Below, in pieces: positions 10,560 to 21,351 of a stretch of DNA of 64,000 nucleotides. The stretch covers positions 29,520-93,519 of the forward strand of contig NBMC01000005.1 of NCBI GenBank assembly GCA_002084805.1. The letters run 5' to 3'. This stretch comes from Spirochaetaceae bacterium 4572_59 (GTDB taxonomy: Bacteria > Spirochaetota > Spirochaetia > DSM-2461). Below the pieces are notes generated by a model, which worked only from the letters and a program-made list of their open reading frames with translations, did not search any database and was not told the origin of the DNA. Made by a program: the position numbers and the translations under genes. Position 1 is the first letter of the stretch. Each line of letters opens with the position of its first letter.

Positions 10560-13136
10560 TCAGCTTTTCAGATTTTTCTGGAGAGCATTAAGGGTATTCA
10601 AGGCATCCAGGGGAGTCATCTGATTAAGATTCATACTTCTCAGTTGATCCAGCACAATTTCACTGCTGTCAAAAAGATTTTTCTGTTCGGGAAGACTCTT
10701 CAGGGTTTCGGAAACAGTCATACTACCGCCAAGCTCACCCGCTTCCATTGACTGAAGGATCTGCCTTGCCCTTTCGACCACTGTATCAGGAAGTCCTGCA
10801 AGAGAGGCAACATGAATACCATAGGAATTATTAGCCGGGCCATTTTCAATCTTTTTAAGAAATATAATATCATCCCCGGTTTCCTTGACAGAAAGAGAAA
10901 GATTACAGAGAGAGGGGTGCTGAATACTTGTCAGTTCATGATAGTGAGTGGCAAAGAGAGTTTTACACTGCAAATCATCTAGCAGATGCTCAGTAATACT
11001 CCAGGCAATGGAAAGACCATCATTCGTACTGGTTCCACGGCCTACCTCATCCATAATAACGAGACTCCGATTTGAGGCATTTCTGAGGATATGTGCGGTC
11101 TCATTCATCTCAACCAGAAAGGTTGATTCCCCTCTTGCCAGATTATCCGATGCTCCCACACGACAGAAAATTTTGTCCACCACTCCTATCCGGCCCTGAT
11201 CAGCCGGGATAAAAGAACCTATCTGAGCCATCAGAACAATCAGAGCTATCTGCCTGAGATAGGTTGATTTACCGGCCATATTCGGTCCTGTAATCAGGGC
11301 AAAATAAGCTTTATCTTCCTGAAGAGAGACATCATTTGGAATAAACTCACCCTGAGGAAGATAAGCTTCGACAACAGGATGCCGTCCACCCTGCAGTTCA
11401 AGCTCTCTATTATCAAGAATTTCAGGACAGCTATATCCTCTTGTGGTAGCAGTATAGGAAAAAGACTGATAACAATCCAGCTCCGCCACTTTTTTACAGA
11501 TATCCTGAAATAGAGGAATATGCTGTTTCAATCCCTCTCGAATTTCAATAAAAAGAGATCTTTCCAGTTCAATAACTTTCTCAGAAGCAGAGTTGATACG
11601 GCTTTCAAATTCACCAAGGCGATCAGTTGTAAATCTTTCTGAGCCTACCAGAGACTGCCGTCGGATAAAAGAAGAGGGAACAGCATCAGCCTGCCCTTTT
11701 GAAACTTCCAGAAAATATCCTATAATTTTATTATATTTCAGTTTCAGATTGCTTATTCCACTTTCTCTCTTAATCCCCTGAAGGTAGTCATCCAGAATCT
11801 GCCGGCTGTGATTCTTGAGGAGTTTAAGCTCATCCAGCTCACCGTGATAACCTTCACGGATCATTTTTCCTTCATGAAGAAGAATAGAAGGTTCATCAGC
11901 AATAGCCCTCCCCAAAAGATCACAAATTTCCTTTAAAACGGCTTTTTGATCAGGCGTGCAGATAAGAAGACCCTGCTCTTCAGATACAACACGGTCTTCT
12001 ATCTGAAAAATTTTCTCCAGAGAGAGAAACAAAGAGAGAAGATCCTTAGCATGAGCTTTATCCAGACCTATCCGGGCTGTCAGACGTTCAATATCTAGAA
12101 TCCCTGAGAGGATATTCCGCACGTCCTGCATTAACAACTGATTATGATAGAATTTACGGACCCGTTCCTGCCGGTAAATGATATTCTCAGGATAACGCAA
12201 AGGATTCATAATCCACTGTCTGAGCATTCGTGCCCCCATGGAGGTCTGGGTTTCGTCCAGAACACTGAGGAGAGTAAATGAGGAAGAACCATCATCCATA
12301 TTTCTCAAAAGTTCCAGATTTTTCTGCGTAGCCTCATCCAGAGAAACAAAACGGTCGTCCTCGTAGCGACGGATTCCCCGCAGATGAGTCAGGTAATGAC
12401 GGGCAGTATCCTTAAGATAATCCAGAAGAACCCCTGCCGCAGCAATTGCTCTGTCATGATCCTGAAAACCAAATCCCTTCAGATTGGACACATGAAATTG
12501 CTCTTTCAGGCTGTTCAAACTGCTTTCTTGATCAAAAAGCCAGTCGGGGATCTTATTGACAACAAGGTTGGAACGATTGACCAAAGAACGAAAGTAGGAC
12601 TGATCCATCAGAGATTCCTGCAGTAGGATCTCTGATGGATTCAGCCGGCCAATCTCTTTTTTAGCAAAGTCATCCTGGTGATTCCCCGTAAACGAGGTAG
12701 CCCGAAACTCACCGGTAGAGAGATCTACATAAGAGAAAACCATCTCATTCCCGATCTGACCGATGGCGGCCATATAGTTATTGGAACGCTTATCCAGAAA
12801 AGACTCATCTACAACCGTACCGGGAGTAATAATTTCGACCACATCCCGCAGGGCAATCCCTTTTCCGTCCTTAGGAAGAGAAATCTGCTCGCATATAGCG
12901 ATTTTTTTACCAGCCTGAAGCAAACGACCTATATAATTTTGAGCGGCATGATAGGGAATTCCACACATGGGAATACCATGCCGCTTAGTGAGAGTCAGAT
13001 TCAGGATACGGCTGACCTCTTCCGCATCGGACTTGAACATTTCGTAAAAGTCTCCCATACGGAAAAAAAGTACAGCATCTTTGTGCTTGGCTTTGATGGA
13101 CAGATACTGCCGCATCATCGGTGTATTTTCTGACAT
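10560..13136 (-). CDS. mutS: DNA mismatch repair protein MutS
   Basis: 858 aa with an N-terminal mismatch-binding region (TPMMRQYLSIKAKHKDAVLFFRMGDFYEMF), Walker A GPNMAGKST, and DEVGRGTST. Confidence 0.97.
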   Translation of the reverse strand: MSENTPMMRQYLSIKAKHKDAVLFFRMGDFYEMFKSDAEEVSRILNLTLTKRHGIPMCGIPYHAAQNYIGRLLQAGKKIAICEQISLPKDGKGIALRDVVEIITPGTVVDESFLDKRSNNYMAAIGQIGNEMVFSYVDLSTGEFRATSFTGNHQDDFAKKEIGRLNPSEILLQESLMDQSYFRSLVNRSNLVVNKIPDWLFDQESSLNSLKEQFHVSNLKGFGFQDHDRAIAAAGVLLDYLKDTARHYLTHLRGIRRYEDDRFVSLDEATQKNLELLRNMDDGSSSFTLLSVLDETQTSMGARMLRQWIMNPLRYPENIIYRQERVRKFYHNQLLMQDVRNILSGILDIERLTARIGLDKAHAKDLLSLFLSLEKIFQIEDRVVSEEQGLLICTPDQKAVLKEICDLLGRAIADEPSILLHEGKMIREGYHGELDELKLLKNHSRQILDDYLQGIKRESGISNLKLKYNKIIGYFLEVSKGQADAVPSSFIRRQSLVGSERFTTDRLGEFESRINSASEKVIELERSLFIEIREGLKQHIPLFQDICKKVAELDCYQSFSYTATTRGYSCPEILDNRELELQGGRHPVVEAYLPQGEFIPNDVSLQEDKAYFALITGPNMAGKSTYLRQIALIVLMAQIGSFIPADQGRIGVVDKIFCRVGASDNLARGESTFLVEMNETAHILRNASNRSLVIMDEVGRGTSTNDGLSIAWSITEHLLDDLQCKTLFATHYHELTSIQHPSLCNLSLSVKETGDDIIFLKKIENGPANNSYGIHVASLAGLPDTVVERARQILQSMEAGELGGSMTVSETLKSLPEQKNLFDSSEIVLDQLRSMNLNQMTPLDALNTLNALQKNLKS

Positions 13137-13145
13137 AGAAAAAAA

Positions 13146-13667
13146 TTATCGAATTCGGCTCATGAGACGTTGAAGAACCTGATCTGTAATGTCCACTTCA
13201 TAATTCCACCACAGAAGACTGGGATCGGATTTTTTAAAGATCAGAGAGTAGCCGTTACTTTCTGCTACATATTGGATCTCTTCATTAATTTCATTAACGA
13301 GGGTCATATTCTGACTGAGACTTTTATTCATTTCTGACAGCTGAGCATTTTTAACACGGATAAAATCTCTCAGATAATTTTTCTTTTTAAAGATTTCATT
13401 ATCCAGTTCAAGAGACTTGGAATTTTCCCCATCATTTTCAGCATCCAGCTTCCGAGCTTCCAGAATTTTAATTTTATCCTGAATCTTCAGGCTTTCTTCC
13501 TGAAATTCGTCCTTCAGTTCCTCCAGTTCTCTAACAGCCTGGGAATCTTTATAAAATGCCGAAAGGATACGGGAATAATCCAAAACCGCTACTTTCGTTA
13601 TGTTTTCGGCGGAAACCATTGTCAGGCACGCCAATAATATCATCAGTACTGCTACTGTTTTTTTCAT
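13146..13667 (-). CDS. skp: OmpH/Skp-family periplasmic chaperone
   Basis: 173 aa with a signal peptide (MKKTVAVLMILLACLTMVSA) and a charged coiled-coil body. It lies directly downstream of bamA. Confidence 0.78.
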   Translation of the reverse strand: MKKTVAVLMILLACLTMVSAENITKVAVLDYSRILSAFYKDSQAVRELEELKDEFQEESLKIQDKIKILEARKLDAENDGENSKSLELDNEIFKKKNYLRDFIRVKNAQLSEMNKSLSQNMTLVNEINEEIQYVAESNGYSLIFKKSDPSLLWWNYEVDITDQVLQRLMSRIR

Positions 13668-13720
13668 CGTTACACTCCAGAATATAGGTATTGTTATTAA
13701 ATCAGATCAGAACAAACTGA

Positions 13721-16198
13721 TCAATAAATATCAATGCCAAATGAGACTACCAAGTTTAGTTTACCATTGTCAAAGGTGACATAGTCGGGTTCAGGATTCC
13801 AGTCAATACCACCACCCTCTGCAAACTGGAATTTTTTAACCAGATAGATTCCAATAGGGAACTGGGGATTATCAAAACGAATTCCTGTTCCAAGACTGAA
13901 CTTAAAGTCCGGAAGGGACATTTCATTCAAATAATCCTTGCTCTTCCAGAGACCAACAGCATCCAGAAAGATATCATATGCCAGAATATTGGGAATAAGG
14001 GGGATCTTTAGGGTTGCCGTATTATCCCACATGGACTGACCATCTGATTCGGGATACCAACCTCTTGCCACAAACATACCATCTGCATAAAAACCGTTTT
14101 CCTGAGGATCGATAAGACTCTCTTTATCCCAGGGCTTCTCTGTCAGATAGGAGAATGCCGAGTTCAGAGTGAACACTGTTTTGAAATTAAACGTATCAGA
14201 TACGGGGAGATCCCAGAGAGTGAAGTTTATCTGCCCCCGGGTTACACTTTTCAGATAATCTGTCGTAGCAAGAGCTGTCACACCCGCAATGGTAACTGTC
14301 TCACTCAGTATAAATCCACTGGAGGGATTTCCCACATAGTCTCTTGTATCCCAGGCACCTTTAACCCACCAGCTGTCTTCATAGGACCAGCTGTGATTAT
14401 TATCCCGAAGATCTTCATCCCAGGGACGATAAACAGATTCATCATAGTCTACAGACTTTACACCAGTCCTGACTCCGGTATAGGAACTCAAGCGGCCGAT
14501 ACCCGTGTGCCATGTATATCCTGTGTTGATTCCGGCAGAAATTTTCTGGGTATCATACTCCATAAGATAGTCGCTTGGTACAACTTCATCAGAATCTTCA
14601 AATTCTTCCTGACTGCTATAGGGGTCAATAACCCCATCACCATCCATATCCAGATAGGCATCACTTCCTGTTGCTCGGGAATAGGTCAGATCTGTACCGA
14701 TACCCCAACGGGTTCCAAACAGACGGGGTTCTGTATACTTCAGAGAGAGAGACTGTGCACTGGGTGAAAAAGTTGACTCTACACCGACAGTCGTTCCCAG
14801 ACCGAGAAAGTTTGAATCATTCCACTGAATAGTACCGGCCAGAGGAAATTCAGCCCCGCCGGAAAAGGTAATCCCAAATATGATATTGGCGGTTTTACCC
14901 TCTTCTACATCGATAACAAGATCCATCAGTCCCTCTTCGCTTCCGGGATAGGTCTGAGGTTCCACAACAGAAAAGTACTGTGTATTGTAGAGATTTTCCA
15001 TACTCTGCATTACCTTGGTTTTGCTGAATACATCTCCCACATCGAAGGTCAATTCCCGCTCGATTACATGATCTTTTGTTTTATCATTACCACGGATTAT
15101 TACATTTTCGATATGTGCTCTGTCCCGTTCTGCAATATTAACAATATAGGAAACGGTTAAGGCTTCCTCATCCCGGACTTCCTCATAAGAAAATGAGTTA
15201 TAGATATATCCATTTTCATAGTAGCGATCTGTAACTTTCTGATAATCAATCTGAAAACGTGTTTTATTGAAGGTGGCGCCGGTCTCCTGGGAGATCATAT
15301 TCATAAGCTCTTCATCAGAGTAGAGATTATTTCCCTGGAAACTGATCCCATTGAAGGTATATGGTTCACCTTCTGTTATGACAAGGGTAATAATCAGATT
15401 ATTAACACCCTCTTCTTCATCCCGAATGATGTCCTTAACAACATCGCTTACTTTGGCATCCACAAAACCACGGTCCCAGTAATAGGCTTCTATCATACTG
15501 ATATCTTCCTGCAGCTGGTTCTCCATGAGAACACCCTTATGAAAAAGGGACTGTGGTTTTGTCTTTATCAAGCCCTGTAGGGTTTTGGTGGTAACATACT
15601 TATCGTTTCCTGTAATATTCAGTTCACTAATGGTAGTCTGATCACCTTCGTAGATATCAAAAACGATGGAAGCTGTATTTTTTTCTTCATTCTTTTCGAT
15701 AACAAAGGTAATTTCAGAATCAATATAGCCTTTTTCAATATACAGATTTTTCAAAGAGAGAGAATCCTGCTCAATAAAACTCTTATTAACCATATCTCCC
15801 TTAGTCAGAAGAATAGTATCCAAAAGTTCACCCTTTCTGATTCTGTTATTACCGGTAAAGAGTATCTCTTTAACCACCGGCTTTTCTTTTACGACAAATT
15901 CCAGAACGACCGTATTATTATTGTCATCACCCGGCAGAGCCTGGGGTAAAATTAGATCAAAATATTCCAATGCGTACAATTTCCCCTGGATCTCCCAGGA
16001 TATGGCATCGGTAAAATTCAGAGAAACATATTGACGGACAATCCCCTTCAGCTCTGTTTCTGATACAGCATCCAATCCCGAAAAACGAATATCCAGAATG
16101 GGTTTATTCTGATACCAGTTGGGATCCTCCTGGGCTGCAAGGTTAAAAGTAAGTATAGTCAGGATCACGAGGATCAGAGGAAATCTCACTTTAAGCAT
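13721..16198 (-). CDS. bamA: outer membrane protein assembly factor BamA
   Basis: 825 aa with a signal peptide, POTRA-like repeats and a C-terminal Omp85 barrel ending in VSFGIDIY. Confidence 0.9.
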   Translation of the reverse strand: MLKVRFPLILVILTILTFNLAAQEDPNWYQNKPILDIRFSGLDAVSETELKGIVRQYVSLNFTDAISWEIQGKLYALEYFDLILPQALPGDDNNNTVVLEFVVKEKPVVKEILFTGNNRIRKGELLDTILLTKGDMVNKSFIEQDSLSLKNLYIEKGYIDSEITFVIEKNEEKNTASIVFDIYEGDQTTISELNITGNDKYVTTKTLQGLIKTKPQSLFHKGVLMENQLQEDISMIEAYYWDRGFVDAKVSDVVKDIIRDEEEGVNNLIITLVITEGEPYTFNGISFQGNNLYSDEELMNMISQETGATFNKTRFQIDYQKVTDRYYENGYIYNSFSYEEVRDEEALTVSYIVNIAERDRAHIENVIIRGNDKTKDHVIERELTFDVGDVFSKTKVMQSMENLYNTQYFSVVEPQTYPGSEEGLMDLVIDVEEGKTANIIFGITFSGGAEFPLAGTIQWNDSNFLGLGTTVGVESTFSPSAQSLSLKYTEPRLFGTRWGIGTDLTYSRATGSDAYLDMDGDGVIDPYSSQEEFEDSDEVVPSDYLMEYDTQKISAGINTGYTWHTGIGRLSSYTGVRTGVKSVDYDESVYRPWDEDLRDNNHSWSYEDSWWVKGAWDTRDYVGNPSSGFILSETVTIAGVTALATTDYLKSVTRGQINFTLWDLPVSDTFNFKTVFTLNSAFSYLTEKPWDKESLIDPQENGFYADGMFVARGWYPESDGQSMWDNTATLKIPLIPNILAYDIFLDAVGLWKSKDYLNEMSLPDFKFSLGTGIRFDNPQFPIGIYLVKKFQFAEGGGIDWNPEPDYVTFDNGKLNLVVSFGIDIY

Positions 16199-16217
16199 TC
16201 AAACTCCTTAGATCTTT

Positions 16218-19200
16218 TTAATAAGAAAATTGCCATTCAAGGCTTATAGCATTTCTTGGTACAAAATCAGTATTATTTATATCAGATGAATTATCTTTAT
16301 TGTAATTCCATGAAACCAGAAAAAACGGTGTTCTCATCTCCAGTTTAATATCCGGCACAAGGCTCATCCCACCCGTGTAGGAGTTTATACCAGACAGTTC
16401 ATCGTAATCAACAAGAAGACCTGCGGAAAAAAACAGGTAATCTCCCAAAAATTGTCCCAGATAGATACTTGTATTATCCAGATACCGCCCAAGATTATAG
16501 GATGACTCGGTACCCGAATAATTTTCATAGGCGGATAATTGGTCCACAATAGCATTTTCCAATATTGCAGTATCGATGGTAACACTATCCAGTTTCAGAG
16601 AATCCTTCAATGCATTTTCAAAGGGTTCAACAAAGCCATAATCACTAACCATTCCACCGGTTGCCAGAACAAGAGATGCCAAATCGACATCATCCGCTTC
16701 ATACGGGACGAGACTCTGTCCGAACAGTGCCATAATCTGATCTTCAGACTTGGCGGGATCGGTCCGAAGATAAGGGGTAAACTCATCACGTACAGGATTT
16801 CTATAGGAAAGATATACGGTAACATCATCACCATTTATATCTGTCGTTTCAATTTCCGCTTCCAGATTCAGAAAGGGATTGAAGTTCCCTTCGCTTTCAT
16901 TAAATGTAACGGAACCTTCTGTCATCCTGAAACTTCTTTCAAAATAGTTGATCTCTCCATTCCGGATATTTATGGCACCCACCATAGAAAATGTTCCGGT
17001 ACGGGTATCCAGATTCAAATTTATTTTCTCTCCCTGTTCTGCCGTAGCCTCTACTATTTTCAGTTGGGGGTTAGGAAGCAGAAACTGAACATTCCTTCCG
17101 GTAACAATTTCCAGATCAATAAGAAAGGGATAACGGGGAGAACCTTTTCTCTTCTTTGATTTCGTTACTTCTGTCTTTTTCCCGAGAGATCCTTCCAGTT
17201 CGTTAATAACAAGGACCCCTTCCAGCCCGCCCTGTCTGTTGCTACCGTATAGACGAACATTTCCGGAGAAGGAGCCCTCTCCTCTCAAGCCATAGGCGTC
17301 ATAGATAAAGGGTACCCCTTTCGTTCCTTCTGCCGTGGATGTAAAAGAATATTCACGAAGACCCCAGCCACTCATATCTACAGAACCTAAACATTGCAGA
17401 CGACCATTTCCAATAGGAATGGTAAAGCGGTTTGTCTCTACTCTGTCTCCCGAAAACTGTATTTTTAAGTCTATTTTATCAATATCCTCCTCAGTATAGG
17501 GTGTCAGCACAAAAAGATCCCGACTGTTTAACTCTCCTGTAATATCAGGATTCCGGAATGTTCCGCCCACATGCAAGCCACCCTCCAAATAACTATTTTC
17601 TTTGAATATGGCATAGCGATAATCCAGAGCCTTGTCTTTAGGCATAAAATAGTTAATCAAGTTCAGATCAATAACAACATGATCCAAATCCAGATTCAGA
17701 TTTTCTGAATCCAGATTACCCTTAAGATTAAAAGAAACAGGAAAGGATTCACCCAGATGCATTTCGATATCCCGGGTTTCGGCATTAAAAACAAAAGACT
17801 GAGCTTTGTCATTCAGCAATTCCCCTTTGAAAATTGAGTTTTCCCGGGAAAACTCAAGCAACGTGGAAGGATATGTGGTTAAATTATTCCATTTTATAGG
17901 GTGAACCCGCAGTCTTCCTGTAAAATCTCTGTCTTTTAAATTCAGCAGATCCTTAAAGCTCAAATTTTCAGCCGTATCAGCCATCAGGGTGATTCCGGTT
18001 TCGATCCTGGCTTTCAGAGTACGGCCGCTCTCCTCTTTCCCAGCATTGGAGAGCCCGGCCGTAAGCATCATTGTTCCGTCCTGAAAATTAAGAAACCCCA
18101 AACCACGGGACAAGGTTACATTATTTCTGATAACATTCAGATCATAAATTTCCATTTTTTCCGTGTTCATCCGGAAGCGCCCGTTTAATCCCATATTGTT
18201 TTTTTCGTATTCAAAACTTTCTGACTGAATTTGACCTTCTATGATAGGAGAATCCAGAGTTCCTTCTAAGGTCAGTTCCGCATCCATCACTCCCTTCAGG
18301 CCGGATTGTGTATAGCGGTCCATCAGGGCATTCTGAAACTGCAGGGATGAGGAAATGTTCTTATCGTTATATACACAGTAAAGAGAATAGCTTTCAGGAT
18401 TTATATCAGATTCACTCTCTGTCAAAGTAAGAGAAGCATTGAATACATCCTGATTCAAATCATAAAAAACAGATCCGCTCCCTCTCAGTTCTGAAAACAG
18501 ATCAGCATATCGGAGTGAGAAAAGATTTATCACTCCGGGAGCCAGATAGGCTGTCAGGGTTAGGGAAGGATCCCTTAAAACTTCAGAATTAATCCAGCGG
18601 ATATTTGTATCTTTCAGATAGACTTCCCAATCCTGAGCCTTATAACGTCCCCGGATATTAAGGGAAGAGAGAAAATTCTGTCCTTCCCATGAGAAGGGAT
18701 AATCGGAGGTTTCTAAAGTAGCCAGGAATCCAGAACTGGGGTCTTTTAGAATCTGTCCTTTTAAACCATAGTTTCCCAGAAAAGAGATTTGCCCTTTTGA
18801 ATAGATGCCGTTTATGAGATAAACATTATCATTCAGGTTCCAGCTGGTTTTGATATCCGCTTTTCTTCCCGAAAAAACTGCATCTAAAGCACCCAGAAGA
18901 TAGTTATGTCCCCAGTTCATCTCAAGAGAGTAGAGCTCTAATTCATGAGGGGACAGAAAACCGCTGCATTTGAGATTTCTGTTTCCTTCAGAAGACTCCG
19001 CCAGAAAGTTATTCATCCTGACCGTATAATCTCTTTTATTCATCCTGATAGCACCATCGGACTGAACCAGAACTGTCCGGATAAAATCCTGATCCACCTT
19101 TTCACGGAGACCGGGAAGAAAATGAAGTATCGTATCGGGGCTCAGGTCATTAACTCTATAACTTGACTGTAATTTAAAACCATCCACCAGTGAAAACTCA

Positions 19201-20615
19201 CCATTCAGAAGAAACTGATCCAGATAAGTATTTTCCGGATTCAAATCCGACCGTAGGGAGAATACATAAGAACTATTATCCCTGGACACAAGAACGCGAA
19301 CAGAACCGGGATTCCATCCGTTACTGAGTTCCATATTGCGGGAATCTATATAGAAATAATCCTCCAGCTCACTAAGAACAAGCTCCCCTTTAATAGTAAT
19401 ATCTTCCGCTACGGGAATCTGGTAGAACTCAAGGGATCCCCCGGGGTATGCTTCAGCGAAAACCCAATCCCCCCGGTAAGTCAGAGAGCCATAGGCGGAA
19501 GATGCCGTTAGCTCGTCTGAATGCAGAGCGAATTCATTACCTTCTACGTCGATGAGTGCATTTACAGGAAATGGCATAAACCGGTTTCTAAAATAAGCGG
19601 AACCATCATAACTGTATTTTACTCCGCCCTTAATTCTGTCTGTTTCAAGCTGAGCGGATCCGGATAGAACCGTGGAAAGCCAGGGATCAAGCTTTCCCAG
19701 GCTTCCTTTCAGAGTCATCAGGCTTCCAGGTACAAACTGTTCCGCAGAAAAATCCAGAAGGATCTGTTCTGCATTTATAGTTAGATTAAGATCATAGGGC
19801 AGTTTATCCTGTATTTTCGCAAATTTAAAACCTTTATCAGTTCTACGGACATTCAGCCGCTGCCTTTCTATCTCCAGAAGATTGGAGTCTATATCACGAA
19901 AATCTCCATTCAGATTAAATCCGGAAAGATCATTTAGCAGACTTCCAGTAATTCCGACCGAAAATGATAGCCTCTCCACAGGAATATCCGGGCGCCGGGT
20001 ATTCAGATTCAGATCACCATTCAGTTTCACCCGCATATAATCATCCTGCTGCTTGAGAGTAATAGTATTTCCCTTGAATTGAAGTGAATCTGAATGACTT
20101 AAATAGTCAATTGACCATGAACGAATCCTTATTCTTCCGGAAAAGATACGGCTCATATCCAGAGAGTTGTCAGAACTCTTTCTACTGCGGCGCCCTTCCT
20201 TACTGGTCAAGCGTTTAATCAGCATATAGTCCTGTTCCGGCAGGAGAGAGACATGCAGGCCCGTCAGATTGATACTGGAGATAATTGTCCTGTCATCTTT
20301 TTTTCCAAGAAGCAGGAGAGGATTATAAAACAGCTTCAGATTCCTGACTTGAATCAGATTTTTTCCTGAAACGGGATGAACCAGACGAAGATTCCTTATC
20401 TCTATAAATGTAAGGAAGGAGGGTGATATTTCATCATAGAAGATATTATAACCAAGAGATTCTTCCAGAGAATGAATAAGCTGCCCTTTCAGGCCAGCCA
20501 TCACAGTTTCCGTATTATCAGAGATTCTGTTATATCCGGCATAAGCCATAAACAGTGCCAGAGACAGAATTAAGATCTGAATACCATGCAGGATCAGGGG
20601 ATGCTGTTTCTTCAT
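16218..20615 (-). CDS. tamB: translocation/assembly module protein TamB-like (DUF490-type C-terminus)
   Basis: 1465 aa with one N-terminal TM anchor (ILHGIQILILSLALFMAYAG), a long beta-rich body and a C-terminus ending in SLEWQFSY. It sits immediately upstream of bamA. Confidence 0.8.
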   Translation of the reverse strand: MKKQHPLILHGIQILILSLALFMAYAGYNRISDNTETVMAGLKGQLIHSLEESLGYNIFYDEISPSFLTFIEIRNLRLVHPVSGKNLIQVRNLKLFYNPLLLLGKKDDRTIISSINLTGLHVSLLPEQDYMLIKRLTSKEGRRSRKSSDNSLDMSRIFSGRIRIRSWSIDYLSHSDSLQFKGNTITLKQQDDYMRVKLNGDLNLNTRRPDIPVERLSFSVGITGSLLNDLSGFNLNGDFRDIDSNLLEIERQRLNVRRTDKGFKFAKIQDKLPYDLNLTINAEQILLDFSAEQFVPGSLMTLKGSLGKLDPWLSTVLSGSAQLETDRIKGGVKYSYDGSAYFRNRFMPFPVNALIDVEGNEFALHSDELTASSAYGSLTYRGDWVFAEAYPGGSLEFYQIPVAEDITIKGELVLSELEDYFYIDSRNMELSNGWNPGSVRVLVSRDNSSYVFSLRSDLNPENTYLDQFLLNGEFSLVDGFKLQSSYRVNDLSPDTILHFLPGLREKVDQDFIRTVLVQSDGAIRMNKRDYTVRMNNFLAESSEGNRNLKCSGFLSPHELELYSLEMNWGHNYLLGALDAVFSGRKADIKTSWNLNDNVYLINGIYSKGQISFLGNYGLKGQILKDPSSGFLATLETSDYPFSWEGQNFLSSLNIRGRYKAQDWEVYLKDTNIRWINSEVLRDPSLTLTAYLAPGVINLFSLRYADLFSELRGSGSVFYDLNQDVFNASLTLTESESDINPESYSLYCVYNDKNISSSLQFQNALMDRYTQSGLKGVMDAELTLEGTLDSPIIEGQIQSESFEYEKNNMGLNGRFRMNTEKMEIYDLNVIRNNVTLSRGLGFLNFQDGTMMLTAGLSNAGKEESGRTLKARIETGITLMADTAENLSFKDLLNLKDRDFTGRLRVHPIKWNNLTTYPSTLLEFSRENSIFKGELLNDKAQSFVFNAETRDIEMHLGESFPVSFNLKGNLDSENLNLDLDHVVIDLNLINYFMPKDKALDYRYAIFKENSYLEGGLHVGGTFRNPDITGELNSRDLFVLTPYTEEDIDKIDLKIQFSGDRVETNRFTIPIGNGRLQCLGSVDMSGWGLREYSFTSTAEGTKGVPFIYDAYGLRGEGSFSGNVRLYGSNRQGGLEGVLVINELEGSLGKKTEVTKSKKRKGSPRYPFLIDLEIVTGRNVQFLLPNPQLKIVEATAEQGEKINLNLDTRTGTFSMVGAINIRNGEINYFERSFRMTEGSVTFNESEGNFNPFLNLEAEIETTDINGDDVTVYLSYRNPVRDEFTPYLRTDPAKSEDQIMALFGQSLVPYEADDVDLASLVLATGGMVSDYGFVEPFENALKDSLKLDSVTIDTAILENAIVDQLSAYENYSGTESSYNLGRYLDNTSIYLGQFLGDYLFFSAGLLVDYDELSGINSYTGGMSLVPDIKLEMRTPFFLVSWNYNKDNSSDINNTDFVPRNAISLEWQFSY

Positions 20616-20616
20616 A

Positions 20617-21351
20617 TCAGGGAGTTTCCCTGACTGTAAGAGTTATATGGATTTGTCCTTCCGTAGAGCTCACATCACTATCCGAGGCTTCAAAGAGAAG
20701 CAGACTGGCCCACTCTCTCAGTTGCCGGTCCACCTGAAAACTATTACTGCCTGGAGGGGCGATACGCACATTGAACACAGTCCCGTCCGGATAAACTGAA
20801 AATGAGATACTCAACTGATCCATAAGAAGAGTGTTTCGTGATATATCCGGTGATGGTTTTTCTCCCCGGAGCAGTTTTCTGGCTATACCACCGGACCAAG
20901 TGATATTCAAAGGAGGAGGAAGTACTATTTCCGGATCAAAGTTCCCTGAAACAGGGATGACCTCTGCTGTTATATTATTTTCAAGCGGTTCAGAACCGGC
21001 ACTTGTATTCTTTATCATCTCATCCTGCCCGCTCTGTTCAACTGTGGGGCTTTCCTGAAATTCCATTTTATCAGTTATCAGTGCTTCTGTCTCTGTGCTG
21101 TCCGGTATAACAGCCTGTTCTTCAAACACGAGATTCTGAACCTCCGGCACAATTTCATGAGGCAATTTAATTGTGTCCGGGGCTTCCGGGACCTCTATTT
21201 TTGAAAAACTAATGGAGAGAAGCGGATAAGACTCTTCCATAAGCTTTGGCTGTATCAGAAAAATCATCATTATAAATATAAAAATATGCAGCAGGAGAGA
21301 TAAAAAAAACGCCCTACTCATATGAAAGACGGAGAGTGATTCCTCCATCAA
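20617..21351 (-). CDS. membrane-anchored protein with TonB-C-like C-terminal domain
   Basis: 244 aa with TM segment AFFLSLLLHIFIFIMMIFL and an acidic/Pro-containing linker. The C-terminus (LSISFSVYPDGTVFNVRIAPPGSNSFQVDRQLREWASLLLFEAS...GQIHITL) follows the TonB_C pattern. The stop abuts the tamB start, and the true start may be the Met at 21321. Confidence 0.5.
   Translation of the reverse strand: MMEESLSVFHMSRAFFLSLLLHIFIFIMMIFLIQPKLMEESYPLLSISFSKIEVPEAPDTIKLPHEIVPEVQNLVFEEQAVIPDSTETEALITDKMEFQESPTVEQSGQDEMIKNTSAGSEPLENNITAEVIPVSGNFDPEIVLPPPLNITWSGGIARKLLRGEKPSPDISRNTLLMDQLSISFSVYPDGTVFNVRIAPPGSNSFQVDRQLREWASLLLFEASDSDVSSTEGQIHITLTVRETP

Noticed and set aside
16539-17159. 206-aa plus-strand ORF
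   Set aside because: It is antisense to tamB and has no recognisable motif.
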